A stretch of DNA of 64,000 nt, taken from NCBI RefSeq assembly GCF_036321535.1, contig NC_087438.1, positions 498,001 to 562,000 of the forward strand, written 5' to 3'. Source of the stretch: Camelus dromedarius. Lineage: Eukaryota. The position numbers and the translations under genes are program-made. Positions 58,901-64,000 of this stretch are shown here, piece after piece (the first letter of the stretch is position 1; each line of letters opens with the position of its first letter). The notes beneath the pieces were generated by a model, which saw only the letters and a program-made list of their open reading frames with translations, was not told the origin of the DNA and searched no databases.

Positions 58901-60007
58901 CAGAGGAGCTGTGTTCATGAAAGAAGAGAGGGGTCAACCGGGCCTCAGTAAAGTTGAAAGTGTCTGTCTGTCCATCCGAGACACCAGGGGAAAGTCCAGC
59001 CGCAGCCCGGGAGACGTGGCAGGGACACTCGGGTACGACGTGGGGCAGTGCCCGGGGCTGCCAGGGACTCTTGCTCCAGAGCTGGGCAGACAGATGCCGG
59101 AAACCGGGCCAAGGGCCCGAACCAGCACTTCCCAAGGGGGCTTTCCAGCGACAGGAAGGGGCTCAGTGGGCTGGTAAGCAGGGAGACACAGCTCAACCTG
59201 TGACAGCCGACTCTGCAGGGGCCACGTGGCTGGGGGACCCAAGGGGCGAGGACACAGGGCCGCAGGAGGGAGGGGGAGAGCCGCTCCAGCGGGAGGCTGC
59301 CTGGTGGCGTCTGCCCTGCTCCCCGCACGCCCTCCCCTCGGCCCCGCTCCTGCCCATGGCTGGCAGCCTCAGCGGGGAGTTCAGAGGGTGCCCTCAGACC
59401 GGCTTGCGGGGTCTGGAAGCAGCACTGACAACAGCGCCAGGCGGAAACTGGAGCGAGAATGCAGGGTGCGTGCGGGGGCAGCAGCACCAAATCTGCGGGG
59501 CGCCTGGGCCCCGAGGGGTCTAGTGGGCGCTGGCTGGGAGGGGCCTCCGGGGTGGCTGGCACCGTGGTCCTTCTCAGTTTAATCAAACTGCAGTTGGACC
59601 CCCCTTGCTTCTGAACGTTTACGCCACAGTTTCAAAGGATAAACAGACACACATTGTTTGCTGGTCCTTCTCCGAAGCGAGTAGCACATCCATTCCCGGA
59701 GCAAAAACCACAGGTGTGTCTGGGTGAGGCTGGTGCCCCACGGAGGACGTGGGCTGCTCCTGGCCCCGATTCACTCCCTCGGGTTAAGAGAGATTGGGAA
59801 ATAAAACACCAGGCAAAAACGTTCTCAGGGGCACACACTCAACTGCCATTCCCAGATCTTGGCTTCCAGGGACGCAGGTAACCAAGTGCCCAGGTGCCCC
59901 AGAGCTCCGTGCAGTGTCCCCGTGTCTGTGCTGAAGGAGCCTTCCGCCGAAGGATGGCTCAGCCCACACGGCCAGCCTGCAGTGGGCCCGCACTGGCCCT
60001 CACCACT

Positions 60008-60120
60008 GTCTCTCCCTCTGACTCTGTCTCTCCCTCTGTCGCTCTGTCTCTTTGTTGCTCTGTCTCTCTGTCGCTCTGTCTCTGCCTCTCCCTCTGTCGC
60101 TGTCTCTGACTCTGTCTCTC
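60008..60120. repeat. Degenerate (CTCTGT)n / (CT)n simple repeat
   Basis: Read directly; a similar shorter tract lies at ~39364-39430. Confidence 0.85.
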
Positions 60121-62928
60121 CAGGACCCGCCTGACCCCTGACTCGCCACAGCCACTCACACGCCGTTCTGGAGACGCTGGGCAGGACTGACTGCTCCGGG
60201 ATCCACAGTGCAGGTGTGGGTGAGGTGAGAACGGGGATGAGGTCCAGCAGGAGGAGCCCCACTCAGGAGAGAGAGGTCTGCTCCCGGCTGATGTCCCAGC
60301 AGAGCCCCCTCCCCAGCTCCGTGCGTCTCGGGGGCAGCGCTGGAGCTGGGGCCCGGGTCCAGCCCCCAGCGGTCAGAGAACCAGCCCAGTGCTGGGGGTG
60401 CAGCTGCCAGATGGCGGGGTCGACCGGGTGCCCGGCACTGATGAGGAACACCAGCCCTGACCCTCGGACTTCGGCGGAGAAGTCTGGTGCTCACTCCCTT
60501 TTACCTCTGAAGCTAAATGAGCGATCAAACCGCACCCCGCCCCCGCCCCCGCCCAGGCCATGCAGCTCAGCTTCCCGGACTAGTCTTTAAAGAACGAGGC
60601 CCCTCCAGGCAGCTCCCTGGTGCCCCTCTCCTCGGAGTCCCCCTTTCCTCTGCCCTCCCTGCTGGGGGCTGCCCAGTAGAGCTAGTCAGTTACCTTAGAA
60701 CCGAAGCGTTGAGGACTAGTTAGCCAGCTAACCAGTCCTGTGGGTGAGACTCTGCTGCCAAGGGACTCTGGTCTGGAATCAACCCTAGGCTGATTTCTTG
60801 GAGCCAACGATCCCCGGGGGAGGGGCGCTACCATCCGCCTCCCCTTAAACTTGTACTTTTTAAAAATTTTTCCCATCTATTAAAAAACATGTGTTTATTG
60901 TAAAAAAAAAATTTTTTTAAGTTCAGAACTGAAAAAAAGCCCCCCATCCTTCTTCTAATAAAAGTAACTTCTGTTAACGATTTAATATGCGTCTTTCCAG
61001 ACACACCCCATGCAAATCAGATAGAATTACTTTTGTACAAATAGGATCATAGCAAAAATATGTTCTGAAACTGGCTACGTCTTTCTCTCAACAGTAAGTC
61101 TGGGGCGGATGTTCTTTCTCCGAGTCTGCTCGGGTCCTGGCCACTTGAAGGCTGCGCGGCGTCCCTCAGGCGGGAGTGGTGACTACTTGTTCCCGCTGGG
61201 GCACGTGAGGCTGTTTCCAATTATTTTATCTTTTTAAAAGCAGGGCTGTGATGACGCCACAACCCCCACCATGTGCACACATGCACACACTCGCACGCAC
61301 ACACACACCTGTGCTCATCCCTGAGGCGTCTGCAGGAAAGGCTCCCATGAGTGGCACACCCACCCCAGGGGACCAGCCCCGGCCTCTCTGTGTTGAGTCT
61401 TGGGCCTGACGAGGTCATCGGGTTCCCAATCAAACGTCCCCTGGGACAAGCCCGCCCGCTAAGAGAAGTGGCTGCCGAGCCCAGGGCACCTTCTTTCTCC
61501 TTCACGTCTTGTCCGGCACTCAGCCTCACCCACCACCGGCATCCACGGTCGTCAGAGTTCAGAGCCAGGCTGAGGGCGCTGGTCTCCAAGGGGCAGATGA
61601 GGGTGAGGCCCAGCCCAGCTCCAGCCAGGGCTCAGATCCCACGGGGCCGATGACTTCGCGACGCCAGCCATCGGACCTCAACCTGCTGGCCAAACTCCAT
61701 GCAAATTCATTCCGGGCAGCAGGTCCCAGTCTCCGTCAGGATGGCATGGTGACCACGATCACCCTGGCCTGGGATGGACCCAGCAGGTCTCAGGGGCAGG
61801 CCCTGGCCACACGGCCAGGTCAGGAGGCTTTGAAATGGGGAGGCTCAGGGCCCTCAGTGGGCCACTCACTGGGAACTCCTCGAAGCGGTGCTGGCAGGCC
61901 CCGTTCCTGTGACCATCCAGCAGCCCACGTGGCCTACAGGGTGTGGAGCTGGGCCGCGGCCCGCGCGGACTAGACCGGGTGTCACTTGTCTCCCTGCTGG
62001 TCGCAGGAAGGAGAGGGCGGTTCCCGCAGCCTGCTTGTCGGGACATTTTGGCCACGCTGGAATCAGCGCTGCCACTCCAGCCTTGCGGTCATCCCTCCCT
62101 CTTTTCTGCCTCTATTTGCAAGTTCTTCCAGGGCAGCCTTGCCCAGTGGTTCCCAGAAACTGGCCCCCAGGCAGGGGGAGCCCATAACCAAGTTGTCCTC
62201 CATCTGCTGAAGACAGGAAAAGGGCCCAGAGGAAGAGGGGCTCCTTGTGAAGGTCCGAGGGCATCACGGAGGCACTGTCCCTCATTCTGAGACAGTTCTA
62301 CTCTCTCCAGGGCACTGAGTGGCCGCAGCGACTCTGCACCGCACATGGAGGGCGTCCCCGGGGCAGTCCAGGGCATGGGACCCCTGGAGCCTCCACCCAC
62401 CACGGGGCGGCCTGTCCCTTCCCTTCAACACGGGCATCTGACAGCCTCAGAGGACAGAAGGCAGCACAGGGACCCGCCCGACTTCAGGGCCGGGCCAGGA
62501 AAGCCCCACCTCCCCCAGGACACGCCAAGAGCTTCCCCAAAACGTTCTGGTGTCCTGAGGAGGGGACGTGGTACTTGGAGCCCACTCCCCCGGGTCCCTG
62601 TGCCGTCAGCCCCGATGGAGAAATGAGCAGAGGGCGTGGCTCTGGCCACCCCTTGTGTCTCCTGAGAGAGCACGTCAGCCCGTGACTGTCAGAAGCACTT
62701 CCCACACGCCTCTCTTCCCCAGAGGCTGACGTCCACTTGCAAATCGCCCGACAGCTCCCTGACCTGACTCGAGTGAGCCCAACACGTCCAGTTCCCACCG
62801 GGGAGTCACGTGGGGGTACATTCATGATGCGGCAAAAACTCATCTTCTTAGAGGAGCCTCAGGTCCCCTTGGACCAAGGCATCCCTGAGCATTTAAAATA
62901 TTCAGTTCATAACTCTTCTATTGGCCAC

Positions 62929-63265
62929 ATGATATTGACTGAATGTTCCATCCCCCCAAATTTGTACATTGAAGCCCTGCCCCACCGAGCGATGGCATTT
63001 AGAGGTCATTCAGGAGCGTGGAGGCTTCATCTGGGGTCAGTGCCTATGTAAGAGTCACTAGGGCGCCGGGTCCCTTGGCTCTGCTCTCTGCCGGGGGCGG
63101 ACCCAGTGAGCAGGTGCCGTCTGCTCCTAGAGGAGGCCTCTCCGGAACCCGCCCCAGCCGGCCTCCTGATTTCCGGCCTCCGGCCTCCGGCCTCCAGGAC
63201 TGTGAGAAATAAATGTCCGTCGTGTATAAACTGCCCGGTCTGTGGCTGAGACACACAACCTCCAA
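62929..63265 (+). mobile_element. MaLR (MLT1-like) LTR
   Basis: gactgaatgttccatccccccaaatttgtacattgaagccct ... gcctccaggactgtgagaaataaatgtccgtcgtgtataa. Confidence 0.8.
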
Positions 63266-63352
63266 GGCTCTGTGTCAGTCTGCAAAGAAGTGATTCTCTG
63301 GCTTTCATCTGCAAGGCAAGTTTAGGTGACTCCCCCTGAATTCCCGGGCACT

Positions 63353-63425
63353 TTTCATTCACTCATTCATCCACGCAGCAAATAATTTCTGAGCAACTGT
63401 CCTGTGCCGGGCAGCGGCCCAAGCA
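63353..63425 (-). mobile_element. L2 3'-end relic
   Basis: ttcattcactcattcatcc...aaataatttctgagcaactgtcctgtgccgggca. Confidence 0.55.
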
Positions 63426-64000
63426 CTCACATTCCCAGGCTCCAAGGACCTTTGAGTGGCCAGAGGCCATGAACACACACACGGAGGGGAGGACGGCCTC
63501 CTGGCGGCCACCTGAGTGAGGACGCGGGGCGGCCAGCGTGTGAGGGGGATGTCCCAGGCCCCCTTGTGAGGCCGGGCCGGCTCGCCTTCCCTCTCCAGGA
63601 CCTCTGTGTGGCAGTGTCCCACCTCTGGGGGAGGAAGAGGGAGCTTGAGCCCCCAGCCCACTCCCCGCCTGGGCCCAGGAAACCTCCTGCCTCCTTCGCA
63701 GGGGTCCTTTGGGGTCAGGGAGCTGGCGGCTCAGTTCCCACCAGGAGGGTTTGGGGGCTGTGGGGAGAAGCCCGCCACTCGCGGGCCGCTCTGAGCAGAG
63801 ATCCAGCCCACGCTGCCCACTTGAGGGGATGGGAATGAACACCTGTGCGCGTCCTGATGTGTGAGGGCAGCGAACGGCAGTTTTGCGTCCGGTTCCGCGG
63901 GTTTTGGGAAAAAGCCCATGTCAGCGCTGACTCTGAAAGCCCTCATACCTGCGACTGCCACTGAGGGCAGAGACCACGGGGACACTCCCTGGGGGCCCTG

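Noticed and set aside
27500..64000. NKD2 or another coding gene downstream of TRIP13
   Set aside because: No exon with recognisable protein sequence found; small exons could have been missed by eye.

Overview
Mammalian nuclear DNA, very probably a camelid (three tRNA-derived SINEs resemble the camelid family), GC-rich. It holds a head-to-head gene pair on a shared CpG island with start codons 310 bp apart. BRD9 (minus strand) has coding exons 1-8 in the window and runs off the left edge. TRIP13 (plus strand) is complete: 13 coding exons, 1299 nt, 432-aa AAA+ ATPase, tandem polyA signals near 27.35-27.42 kb. The remaining ~36 kb has no protein-coding gene I can support; it contains L1 relics, LTRs and SINEs. 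Most notable: a ~1.6-kb diverged array of ~40-bp units with internal GTGAC/GTCAC inverted motifs; extreme A/T-to-G/C rewriting of local repeats; TCF/LEF motif clusters on the side where NKD2 lies in human; a CDE/CHR element in the bidirectional promoter; a GC-AG intron and a 60-nt alternative acceptor in BRD9; a triple-nested L1; and an intronic VNTR with higher-order structure. I found no convincing new multi-gene system. Repeat family names and human comparisons are from memory, not searches.
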